IMG/VR virus record: IMGVR_UViG_3300019874_000002
Coordinates: 32,001-96,000 of that record
DNA from: a virus
Taxonomy: Duplodnaviria > Caudoviricetes
DNA: 64,000 nucleotides
Strand: one strand, 5' to 3'
The position numbers and the translations under genes were made by a program. Shown here in pieces: positions 48,574 through 57,303 of the stretch; the stretch's first letter is position 1, and each line of letters begins with the position of its first letter. The notes beneath the pieces are model-generated. The model was not told the origin of the DNA. It worked only from the letters and a program-made list of their open reading frames with translations, and ran no database searches.

Positions 48574-49322
48574 TAAATCCTCCGTTCCTGTTTTTCAATT
48601 ACACGCGCGAGTCGCTCGCAGGTTGCCCACGCATATTGTGGTCGATGCGACTTAATCACTTTGACTGCTTCATCGAATGATAGCTCCATCCGTCTACGCT
48701 CCACACGACCGCTCGCTAGAGCTGCACCTCCACTATGCGCTGGCGATTGACCTCCAGCAGACAGAGCTTTTCTAATATTACTCGCTTCCATTTGCTCGTA
48801 AGAACCAAATGACTTCGCGAGAATACTCCAAGAACATTTAGTGTTCACCGGAACACGCGTAATCGCAACGTCGCGAATCTTTGCCTTTAGTATTTTGTTA
48901 TCGTATCCTCGATCGACAACCTTACCTTCAATACTAAAACCGAGATGTCTAGCAACGCCACTCTTTAGCAGTGATTTAGCAAGCGTCCAAATGCGATCAG
49001 CAGGCTCGTAGTCAACAAGCAAATTACCCTCCGTCCACCAGGACCCCTTCCGTAATTCTGCCATCGACGGCACACCCACAGCATCCGCAGTCCCTTGCTT
49101 GTGGTTATCGTTAAACCAACCGTAGTTCACGAATTCTGTGAAATCCAACCCCTTTGCTAAAACACGCTCGTCCTGCCGGTCCAAATCTTCCGTGGAACAC
49201 GTTCCACCGATTGGGCGTGTTCGCTCTATATCTACTGCGCCTTTGGACAAATCAATTACAACACAGCCTGGTGTCCAAATGATAAAATCGTCTTTACCAT
49301 CTAAGATATCGTTGTCTTTCAT
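48573..49322 (-). CDS. Prohead protease
   Basis: GTCSTEDLDRQDE, GWFNDNH (His), LGFSIEG (Ser), VAITRVPVN. Confidence 0.88.
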   Translation of the reverse strand: MKDNDILDGKDDFIIWTPGCVVIDLSKGAVDIERTRPIGGTCSTEDLDRQDERVLAKGLDFTEFVNYGWFNDNHKQGTADAVGVPSMAELRKGSWWTEGNLLVDYEPADRIWTLAKSLLKSGVARHLGFSIEGKVVDRGYDNKILKAKIRDVAITRVPVNTKCSWSILAKSFGSYEQMEASNIRKALSAGGQSPAHSGGAALASGRVERRRMELSFDEAVKVIKSHRPQYAWATCERLARVIEKQERRI

Positions 49323-49325
49323 CGA

Positions 49326-50207
49326 TTACACCGTGTTCATGATGTAAATTGGCTTTGCTATATTAGCCATAGGTGTGAAAAACTTCTCGTATGTCGGAAA
49401 CGAATCAACGTCGTCATTGCCTTGACTCAACGTAATCCAAGGCATGCGGTGCGGAAACAACAACATGAACTGAACGCGCAGCCAAACATGGTCAATCTCC
49501 TCGTCCAACAACAATCCTCCCAATCCACTAACTAGATCTGACCTTTGAATTTTCTGCAACGCATCCCAAACAGGTTCAAGATCCATTGCGAATCTAAACA
49601 AATATTTGTGAGCCACACAGTGATAATTCTTTTGTGTCAATCCGAACGAACATCCGTTATCCCACCCAATTGCGCGCCAGCACGCTTTCCCATCAACAAT
49701 GTCCAAACGCGCACCATAGTTCGCAGCATGACGATCTCGAGAACAGGCTAGGTAATCTAACACCGTAAGGCGTAGCGTGTCACTAGGCGGCAGCTTATCT
49801 CTCAAAGTCTCCCGGAGAGAGATGGCCCACATTTCCCTATCGTTGGGCTTACGCAGCCTTGGCTCAATGGCAACCAACCGAGCTGAGGTCGTGTATTGCT
49901 GGTAGGACGCTGTGACACCTTCAAACTCCCCTAAAATCGTCTCTGGAACTACCTCAAATTTTGGATCATATTTGTGAAGTATTTTACACAGGCGATAGAA
50001 TGCAACTTCACGTCTTGGAAACGTCGTCACAGGAAGCCCACGTTGCAATTCACGATTGCGCTTTGTTGCAACCGTAGACGCGATCTTTACAACAGCTTGG
50101 ATACCGTTTGAATACGTAGCTAAGCGCGAACCAACTTTCCCCTCTTTCAATAGGGACATCTTTTCAGGTTTCAGCTGCTTAACCGATATTTCGAATGCGG
50201 TAGTCAC
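49326..50207 (-). CDS. PI3/PI4-kinase-like (HipA-related) atypical kinase
   Basis: AVVK lysine, REVAFY, VVPET, DRHAAN catalytic loop, WDNG Mg-binding motif. Confidence 0.75.
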   Translation of the reverse strand: MTTAFEISVKQLKPEKMSLLKEGKVGSRLATYSNGIQAVVKIASTVATKRNRELQRGLPVTTFPRREVAFYRLCKILHKYDPKFEVVPETILGEFEGVTASYQQYTTSARLVAIEPRLRKPNDREMWAISLRETLRDKLPPSDTLRLTVLDYLACSRDRHAANYGARLDIVDGKACWRAIGWDNGCSFGLTQKNYHCVAHKYLFRFAMDLEPVWDALQKIQRSDLVSGLGGLLLDEEIDHVWLRVQFMLLFPHRMPWITLSQGNDDVDSFPTYEKFFTPMANIAKPIYIMNTV

Positions 50208-51157
50208 ACTTCACACTGATGATCCATCAAAGCTCGAACGCTGTATGTAATATCGTCAGACATTGACTTTTTAGTCGACGCTATAATCTTTCCATTCGCA
50301 TCAAATGCAAATCCAGCAGGCATCTCGTGCAATTCGCATTGACAACCAGGGTGCACTACACCAATAACAGGTCGCCATTCAGTCCTCCCTGCACGTTTTG
50401 GGTGAACGGCTCTACGACCGTAATTAGTTCCGTTGTTAGCCAACTCTGACAGCCTAAACAGACGTGGTTTACGGCCGTTCGTGTACAGCATTCTACAAAA
50501 TCTACAGGCGTCTGGTTGAATCGTTTTATAAACCAGCGGATCAAACCCATCCGCAGCTATCCCAAGAGCCTTCCCGTGCTCCTTAGCATTATGTAATTCG
50601 GTAGCTACAATCAACGCCCAATCGCGTTGCGTGTCTTTCAATTTCTTTTTGAACCTACGCTCAATCTGCTCTTTAGATGATCGCCTTGCGATACCTAAAG
50701 CAATCTCGTGCTGCACTATCCCCAAAGCCTCATGCCTAAGCTTCGTCGCTTCTTCGTGCGTAGATTGTTCAAAATCATTAATCATCGACATCGACAGATT
50801 TCCGATCAATCGGCCAACATGGTCTTTGGTCGCATTAATCGCATCCAATTCGTGTTGTGAGAACTGAGGCGGCGCTGTAGCGACAAACAGCCAAAATTTC
50901 TCCGGTGACATCCGCGCCAATGACAGGTCATTCTTTGGCGCGCTCGCAGCCATTTTACCAACCGTGTGCGCTGCCTGAATTGCAACCTGAGCGTGCTCGA
51001 TGCTCCCTTGGCGCAGGATATTATTGCGAACCAACCGATCGTAATCGTCCTTAGAAACTGCGCCTGGACCTAGCACTTCAACAGCAAGCGCAAGGTGATG
51101 GTCTGCAATCAATTGCCTGACCTTCTCGCGAGCCAAATCGCTAATTGGCTTAGCCAT
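50204..51157 (-). CDS. MuF/SPP1-gp7-like head morphogenesis protein
   Basis: IVATELHNA, ACRFC, VHPGCQC; probable start MAKPIS at 51157. Confidence 0.75.
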   Translation of the reverse strand: MAKPISDLAREKVRQLIADHHLALAVEVLGPGAVSKDDYDRLVRNNILRQGSIEHAQVAIQAAHTVGKMAASAPKNDLSLARMSPEKFWLFVATAPPQFSQHELDAINATKDHVGRLIGNLSMSMINDFEQSTHEEATKLRHEALGIVQHEIALGIARRSSKEQIERRFKKKLKDTQRDWALIVATELHNAKEHGKALGIAADGFDPLVYKTIQPDACRFCRMLYTNGRKPRLFRLSELANNGTNYGRRAVHPKRAGRTEWRPVIGVVHPGCQCELHEMPAGFAFDANGKIIASTKKSMSDDITYSVRALMDHQCEV

Positions 51158-51596
51158 TGGCTTTCGCCTCTTTCTCCTCTGGCGTAGGCTCTTTACCAGG
51201 ATACGAAAACCCTTCCACACCTGGAACAGGTTTTAGCTTTTGAAACTCGCCAATTCTCAAAGGCTTCGCTCCAAACATACGCTGTCTCTCATCAGCTGTA
51301 AGCGTCTTCGTGTAATAATCGTCCGTCGCGAGCCACGAAGGTGCTTTCACGTTAAACTTCTTGCAGTAGTACCTCAATGCTGGACGAATCTTCTCAACGT
51401 ACTTTCGACGCGCCGCCATATTATCTGCAGTATGGAGCACCATTAGAAACTTTGCATAATGCTTTAGCTGCGCCTCTAATTCATCTTTCGAACGACAAGG
51501 CAACACCTTTTCAGGAGTGTCAACCTCCACACCCTTTGTCCCATCGCCGCGATTGGTCGTCCTGAAGATCACATGGTCTGACTTCTCCTGATTCAC
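51150..51596 (-). CDS. Hypothetical protein
   Basis: 148 aa, coupled on both sides. Confidence 0.65.
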   Translation of the reverse strand: MNQEKSDHVIFRTTNRGDGTKGVEVDTPEKVLPCRSKDELEAQLKHYAKFLMVLHTADNMAARRKYVEKIRPALRYYCKKFNVKAPSWLATDDYYTKTLTADERQRMFGAKPLRIGEFQKLKPVPGVEGFSYPGKEPTPEEKEAKANG

Positions 51597-54500
51597 GACT
51601 TTCCTTCTTTCTTCTTCTCTCCAAACGCAACCATGGATTGCGTCATCAATCCTTGACTCTGAAGCGCCCCCACAACCTTCTGCATGTACTCTTCTGCTTT
51701 ATCATTTGAGAATGGATTACGTCCATCCTCATCGTCCCAAATCGGTTTTAGCTCCTTCTTGATAAACTCGTTCCAATCCCCAGACCTTGTCTTTGTCAAA
51801 CGCTCAAAGAAATGATGCGCCTCTCCTTGAGATATCTCGGAACCTTTAACTTTACGAGTGCTACCCTCTTTGAATGGATTATCGCTAGAATGAAACTCCA
51901 AACCTAGATTTGGCTTCTTACTCGTCACCTTCGACGGCTCGCTACCTTTTGGAATTGGTGAAGCATTCCAGTCTTCGCTATCCTTCTGTTGCTTCTGCGC
52001 AGTCTTCTTCTCAACTGTGCGCTCTGCCGTGCCTACGGTAGCTGTCGCTTGCTTTGGCTTCTCAGCAGCCTTCGGTTGCTCTGCCACAGCCTTTACTTTG
52101 CCTTTAGCTTCCTTCTTTGAGCCAGTCTTTGGCTTCTCGGATGCCAATTCAGGATACTCTTTCTGCAATCCCTCAGCTTGCTTTGCGTAATGGTCAGCTT
52201 TATCATTATCGCCTTTATCACGGTAAACCTGTTCCATCAGGTTAGCCATCTGAAACTTCTGTTTAGAATTTCGCTTATTGCGGTCAAGCTCCCATTGACC
52301 TCTAAACTCTTTTTCGTCAAAATTCTTTGTAAGCGCATGCGCTCCGCGCTTCTTCAGATTGGCTTTGCCTTCTTTGCTCGGCTCGAAATCCTTATCGGTC
52401 AATTGAGCACTCAAACCACCCCTACCTCCTGCAGCTGCAGACTCTTTCCAATCTTCTCCAAGAGCCTCAATCTTTTTAGCATGTTTGGACAGTCCAACAG
52501 AACCAACCGTCTCCTCTGCTTCTTTCTGTCCTGGTGACGCCAAATCGTATGATTTGGCGTTCTCCATAATCGTTTTAATCTGCGCCTCGCTAAACGTCGC
52601 TCCTTGGACACGACGCATTAGATCGTGCACAGACCCTTCTACGTCAAACGTCGCACTCGTCGGCAATTCTTTACCAAGCAACGCCCCAACCATTGCTTGT
52701 TTACCTGCGATCTTCTGCTCCACCATCATGTCATACGTGCCTACAGAGCGGTATGTCTTCTCATGAACATCTTCCGTCTGACCAGTACGCCATTGACGAC
52801 CAATCGCCTGACGCTTTTGCGCTGGATTCCACGGCTCATCAATAAATAATGTTTTGTTCCCACCTTCCTGTAAATTCAGACCAGCGCCTCCAGAAACCGT
52901 GCCTGTCAACAAAACCTTGGAGTGACCTTTATTGTACTTATCTTGAATATAGCCGCGTTCGGAAGGAGCAACGTCTCCAGCAATCGTATCGATTAACGAT
53001 GGATCAATGCCACGCTCTGCGAGTGCTTTCCTAATAATTGGAAAAGCCTTTTGAGGAAATGAGCAAAATGCGACAATACCTTTGGCAGCCTTCCCACCTT
53101 GCCCACTATTTGAAAAATGAGCGATAACATCGTCGCAAAAAGCTTTCAATTTAGGCGTGTGCGCAATACCACCATCAGATTTACGGTATGAGGCATCAAT
53201 CAATGCCGGAGAAATTGACGCTTGACGCTGCAACATCATTTGCATGCCGCCAGCCATGAGCGCTAGAGCACCTTCGTTGTGCTCCTCGTAGCGCTCCCCT
53301 GTTGACGGATTAATCTCTCTCGCTTCGATCTTCGCACGTCGCTCTTTAATCAAACGTTCAATACGAAGCTTGACCATCGTATCGATAACGCCATCCTCCT
53401 TAAAATAGTCATTCTGAGACAAACCGTTCTCAGAGCTAACTACCTTCGACAGTGCCAAATCACCTTCATCCGGCCATTGCTCTTTTGACTCGCTGACACC
53501 TACGCGCTTCGTCAACCCCTTACCCATATCTGCCACAACGTCTGGGTCAGTGATTGATTTATAAAACACGAACGGCTTTAGTCGTTTATTCAAATCGGCA
53601 AGATGCTCAGGATTTGACACTCTATATGCTTGGTCGTCTTCATTCCACGCAACACCAGCCATTCTTCCAGACCAAAGCTCTTGATCGCCTACGCTATCTG
53701 GTGCAAATAGATTCGCGAGATGGTACAAATCCATTGGATCGTTTGGCATTGGCGTAGCTGTCATGCCAAATGCATACTCACGATCTTGCATAACAGCTTT
53801 TGCAATCTCGTGTCTCGTATTGCCAGCTTTCTTATAACCTCCAGAATGCGCTTCGTCGATAAAGACTGCACCTTCCAAATTTTGAAGAATCTTTACCATT
53901 TCATGGTCAGACCCACCGGTACCATCGTTCTCGTCTTCGCTTGCATTTGGATCTGGAACATCTCCAGTCAAGGTCCCTGACGAAATAAAAATGTACCGCG
54001 CTTTCTTCGCCAAATCACTTTGAAGTGCAACCTTCCGCTCCTCGAGAGAAAAACCGCTTAGATTAAGAATCTTGTCCGCGCTCTCCGGTGCAAACTTCGC
54101 AATTACTCCAGGCCACTGCTCCATCAGCGACGGCGGAAGAAACATCACGGCAGGAATGTCTTTACCTTGTGCACGCAATTGCTCCATGAAAGCAATGACG
54201 GTAGGACTCTTTCCCATCCCTGCATCTTGCGCAATCACACCACGCTTCACCGCCATCATCCAATTGATATACTTCTTCTGGTACCCAAATGGCTCCCAAA
54301 CCCCTTTACTCGGATCGTTTGGATCCTTTAGTGTCTTTCCGTTCCAAATACCATCTTTCATCGTCAACGGAACATCAAACGAATCATCTTCTTGCGCAGC
54401 GAGAATTTTTACAATCCGTGCCTGCTCTTTTGCGACGTTTACCAAATGATCGTCCATGATATCGCTCTTACCGGCGACATCGTTCATCTTCATCTTGAAG

Positions 54501-55984
54501 ACATCTGCAAAATGAGGATCCTGCCCAGTATTGTAATCAGTGAACGCTTTGAGAGTCGCTTCTGACGTCTTTTGCAATTTACGTTTCAACGTTGACCGTG
54601 CGGCGCTGTCATTGCTGACGATACCGAGCTTTTGCGCAATCAAATCAAACACACCATCTATCGTCGCATCGGTGTGATCACCTGGAGCGTAATCGTAAGT
54701 GTTGTCAGAAGAGAACGAATTCTGTGCGTCCGTCGCCGTATACACGGCCATCAATTGCGACGCATTCAAACGCTCAAGCTGATTATCTTTCCACAGAGAC
54801 CCTAGATCACGCTTACGAGTCAGAAGCAAACCAGACTCTGGGATAATCGCGCCACGCATCCTGCGCTGCGCCACACCACCCTTAGAACCTCTTTTGATTA
54901 ACCCCATTTGATGCATCGCCACAGTCATCCGCACAGCTAGATCATTTGGGTCGTCGCCCAACATCATATCGGAAGCAAGCGGCGAAAATTCATCGGCCAT
55001 CTGCTCTGCTTTAATGTAGAACGCATTACGATGAATCTCTAATTTCTCTGCGGACGCTGTTGCAGCGGCTTGAACCTTTGGATCCTCGTGGAGTGCTTTC
55101 CTATAGCGCCCCATCAATCCACGAATAACCTCTAGAATGTCTTCTGGAGATTCGACATCTCCATATTGAGGGTCACCCACAAAGAGGTCGGCATTCGTTC
55201 TAAAAAACTCCTCCGTCGCCTCTTCAAATCCAATATTGCGACCTCCAATCTTCACAGAGATATTATGCAAACCTCCAGCCTTCTCCACGTCATTTCTCGT
55301 AATCCCAAACGAGCTTAAAACGTTGTCATAATTATCATGCCACCATTCCATGAAATTATGGTCAGCTTCGCTCAACGCATCGCTATGCAATAACGCGTCG
55401 TGTAGATCAAGCTGGTCATGCGCTGCAAATGGCTGAGGCATGTAATACTGTCGAAAATGCTCTACAACATTATCTGGTGTCGCTTGCTTTGTGAAACTAC
55501 CGTGTGGTCGCTCTCCATACCGGACATTGCCTTTATCATCCCTCCAAAACTTACCGCCACGCGAACCAGCGCGCTCCACATGAACGTAACCGCTCGGTGT
55601 AAGTTTTCGCTCCACAGGCGCGGAGCTAGACATCTTGTGTTTACCTGTTGCAGCTTGCTCGCTCGGATTGCCTCCGTACCGTCCACCAATTGGCGAATTG
55701 GACATTTTCGGCAGCTTTGGCTCTGCTTTGAAAAGCAAACGTCCGTCGCTTGTGACGACAAACGATCCGGCCGCAGACTTTTCGATACCGTCTTCTTCGA
55801 GCACAGCCATTACGTCTGCTTCTAAAGCAGACATCCGAGCACGATACAGCGCGTTCAAATCATCAGATAAAGTTTGCGTGACAGCGTGACGCATTGGCCG
55901 CATTGGAATACGCAACGTAGCTTTGATGAGCAAATCGTCTCCGATTTGCAAACCCTCAAGTAATGCGTCATCGTCAATCGACAT
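51593..55984 (-). CDS. Large SNF2-family helicase/ATPase, probable internal head protein
   Basis: PFGYQ, QDAGMGKS, IDEAH, MTATP, GGAGLNLQ, WNPAQKRQAIGRQWRTGQ. Confidence 0.85.
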   Translation of the reverse strand: MSIDDDALLEGLQIGDDLLIKATLRIPMRPMRHAVTQTLSDDLNALYRARMSALEADVMAVLEEDGIEKSAAGSFVVTSDGRLLFKAEPKLPKMSNSPIGGRYGGNPSEQAATGKHKMSSSAPVERKLTPSGYVHVERAGSRGGKFWRDDKGNVRYGERPHGSFTKQATPDNVVEHFRQYYMPQPFAAHDQLDLHDALLHSDALSEADHNFMEWWHDNYDNVLSSFGITRNDVEKAGGLHNISVKIGGRNIGFEEATEEFFRTNADLFVGDPQYGDVESPEDILEVIRGLMGRYRKALHEDPKVQAAATASAEKLEIHRNAFYIKAEQMADEFSPLASDMMLGDDPNDLAVRMTVAMHQMGLIKRGSKGGVAQRRMRGAIIPESGLLLTRKRDLGSLWKDNQLERLNASQLMAVYTATDAQNSFSSDNTYDYAPGDHTDATIDGVFDLIAQKLGIVSNDSAARSTLKRKLQKTSEATLKAFTDYNTGQDPHFADVFKMKMNDVAGKSDIMDDHLVNVAKEQARIVKILAAQEDDSFDVPLTMKDGIWNGKTLKDPNDPSKGVWEPFGYQKKYINWMMAVKRGVIAQDAGMGKSPTVIAFMEQLRAQGKDIPAVMFLPPSLMEQWPGVIAKFAPESADKILNLSGFSLEERKVALQSDLAKKARYIFISSGTLTGDVPDPNASEDENDGTGGSDHEMVKILQNLEGAVFIDEAHSGGYKKAGNTRHEIAKAVMQDREYAFGMTATPMPNDPMDLYHLANLFAPDSVGDQELWSGRMAGVAWNEDDQAYRVSNPEHLADLNKRLKPFVFYKSITDPDVVADMGKGLTKRVGVSESKEQWPDEGDLALSKVVSSENGLSQNDYFKEDGVIDTMVKLRIERLIKERRAKIEAREINPSTGERYEEHNEGALALMAGGMQMMLQRQASISPALIDASYRKSDGGIAHTPKLKAFCDDVIAHFSNSGQGGKAAKGIVAFCSFPQKAFPIIRKALAERGIDPSLIDTIAGDVAPSERGYIQDKYNKGHSKVLLTGTVSGGAGLNLQEGGNKTLFIDEPWNPAQKRQAIGRQWRTGQTEDVHEKTYRSVGTYDMMVEQKIAGKQAMVGALLGKELPTSATFDVEGSVHDLMRRVQGATFSEAQIKTIMENAKSYDLASPGQKEAEETVGSVGLSKHAKKIEALGEDWKESAAAGGRGGLSAQLTDKDFEPSKEGKANLKKRGAHALTKNFDEKEFRGQWELDRNKRNSKQKFQMANLMEQVYRDKGDNDKADHYAKQAEGLQKEYPELASEKPKTGSKKEAKGKVKAVAEQPKAAEKPKQATATVGTAERTVEKKTAQKQQKDSEDWNASPIPKGSEPSKVTSKKPNLGLEFHSSDNPFKEGSTRKVKGSEISQGEAHHFFERLTKTRSGDWNEFIKKELKPIWDDEDGRNPFSNDKAEEYMQKVVGALQSQGLMTQSMVAFGEKKKEGKS

Positions 55985-55988
55985 TTAT

Positions 55989-57299
55989 CTACCCTTCACC
56001 GTTACCCTGCGTACGGATTGGCTCGTCGTCGCCAATACCAAGATGCCCACTCTTTTCGATGTAGTCAGCGACCTCTTGGTCCGTTCCAGTTTCCCAAATC
56101 ACAAGCTCATTCGTGCCACCCTTCTTAATTGGAGGCTCGTTCCGATTTCCGGAAGTGAGCGGCTTGTGAGGGACAAATGGCTTGATGGGTGATGGTCCGC
56201 GCGGAGGTAGCTTCGCACCTCCACCAGGCAATCCTTTCGCAATCAACGCCTTCCTGCCAGCGAGATACGCGATATGATCACCTGCCTCCAGACGAGTCAT
56301 CTCCGATTTGGAGATCTTGTACCAACCATCTTTCATCTCGTCAACGTTCATACCCATCTGAACCATTTCGCTTTTGCTGATTGGGTATTCCTCTTGGTCC
56401 CCAGCTTCAGGACCGTTGCAGCTCTTGAGCAGTGGCGCAATTGCATCATGCTCCGATACGCCAGAACCAGGACGAGACGGCTCTACTTGACCGTCACCTC
56501 CAGAATGCGGATTGTCATTGTCGTCCACAACAAATTGAGGCCCTAGCCCTTTGTGGAGATCTTCATGCGTCAAGCCGTGCTTACAATGCACGCAATTGGT
56601 AATTGGAGAGTTGGAATCATTTCCAAGCTCAGCCTTAAACAGATCAGATATTGCACTCTTTGTCATGTCGTTTTCTCCTTCAGATTTACTTGTGTATGGC
56701 TGCAGAGCGCCACTCGTTTGACGATGAGCAACAGCCAAATTTTTGTGTACGGCTGCTTGCGAGACGTTTCCGGCGATCCTGTGAAATTCATGTGCGCGTT
56801 CGTGTTCTCCTGCCGCGTCATGATGCAAGAAAGCTTGCACGTGCGTCGGCCGCGATTGGCTCATATTAGCTAATGACGATTTTTGATGAGCCGATTTACC
56901 AGCAGTAACAGCCGCTGCACCGTATCCGCCATCATCTTTTGGCCCAGACCCAGGACCACCCTTCGCAATACTCACCTTTGGTTTCATCTTCGTATGTCCT
57001 TCCTTTCTACGTTGCTTATTCACCGTTGCAGCGGCAATACTTTCACTTGCTCCGCTATCTTTAATATGATTGTACTGCCTCTCATCCTTCGCATTCCACC
57101 CAGCGCCTTTTTTTACATCCGGCGTTTTAGACTTCTTTTCCTCTTCCTTTGCAGCGTGAAACTTTGGATTGACGTCAGCATTATCGTGCATTGGAACCTT
57201 CACAACGCGCGGCATATGCCCAACCGGAGCATCTACAGGCTCCCCAATATGATCGTTCGGACCATTCTTCTTTTTGTCAATCTTAACAGCCATTACCAA
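55989..57299 (-). CDS. Modular low-complexity protein, probable internal head protein
   Basis: KGGPGSGP, His/Ala-rich block, many x-K-S/G/A motifs. Confidence 0.7.
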   Translation of the reverse strand: MVMAVKIDKKKNGPNDHIGEPVDAPVGHMPRVVKVPMHDNADVNPKFHAAKEEEKKSKTPDVKKGAGWNAKDERQYNHIKDSGASESIAAATVNKQRRKEGHTKMKPKVSIAKGGPGSGPKDDGGYGAAAVTAGKSAHQKSSLANMSQSRPTHVQAFLHHDAAGEHERAHEFHRIAGNVSQAAVHKNLAVAHRQTSGALQPYTSKSEGENDMTKSAISDLFKAELGNDSNSPITNCVHCKHGLTHEDLHKGLGPQFVVDDNDNPHSGGDGQVEPSRPGSGVSEHDAIAPLLKSCNGPEAGDQEEYPISKSEMVQMGMNVDEMKDGWYKISKSEMTRLEAGDHIAYLAGRKALIAKGLPGGGAKLPPRGPSPIKPFVPHKPLTSGNRNEPPIKKGGTNELVIWETGTDQEVADYIEKSGHLGIGDDEPIRTQGNGEG

Positions 57300-57303
57300 C
57301 TCC

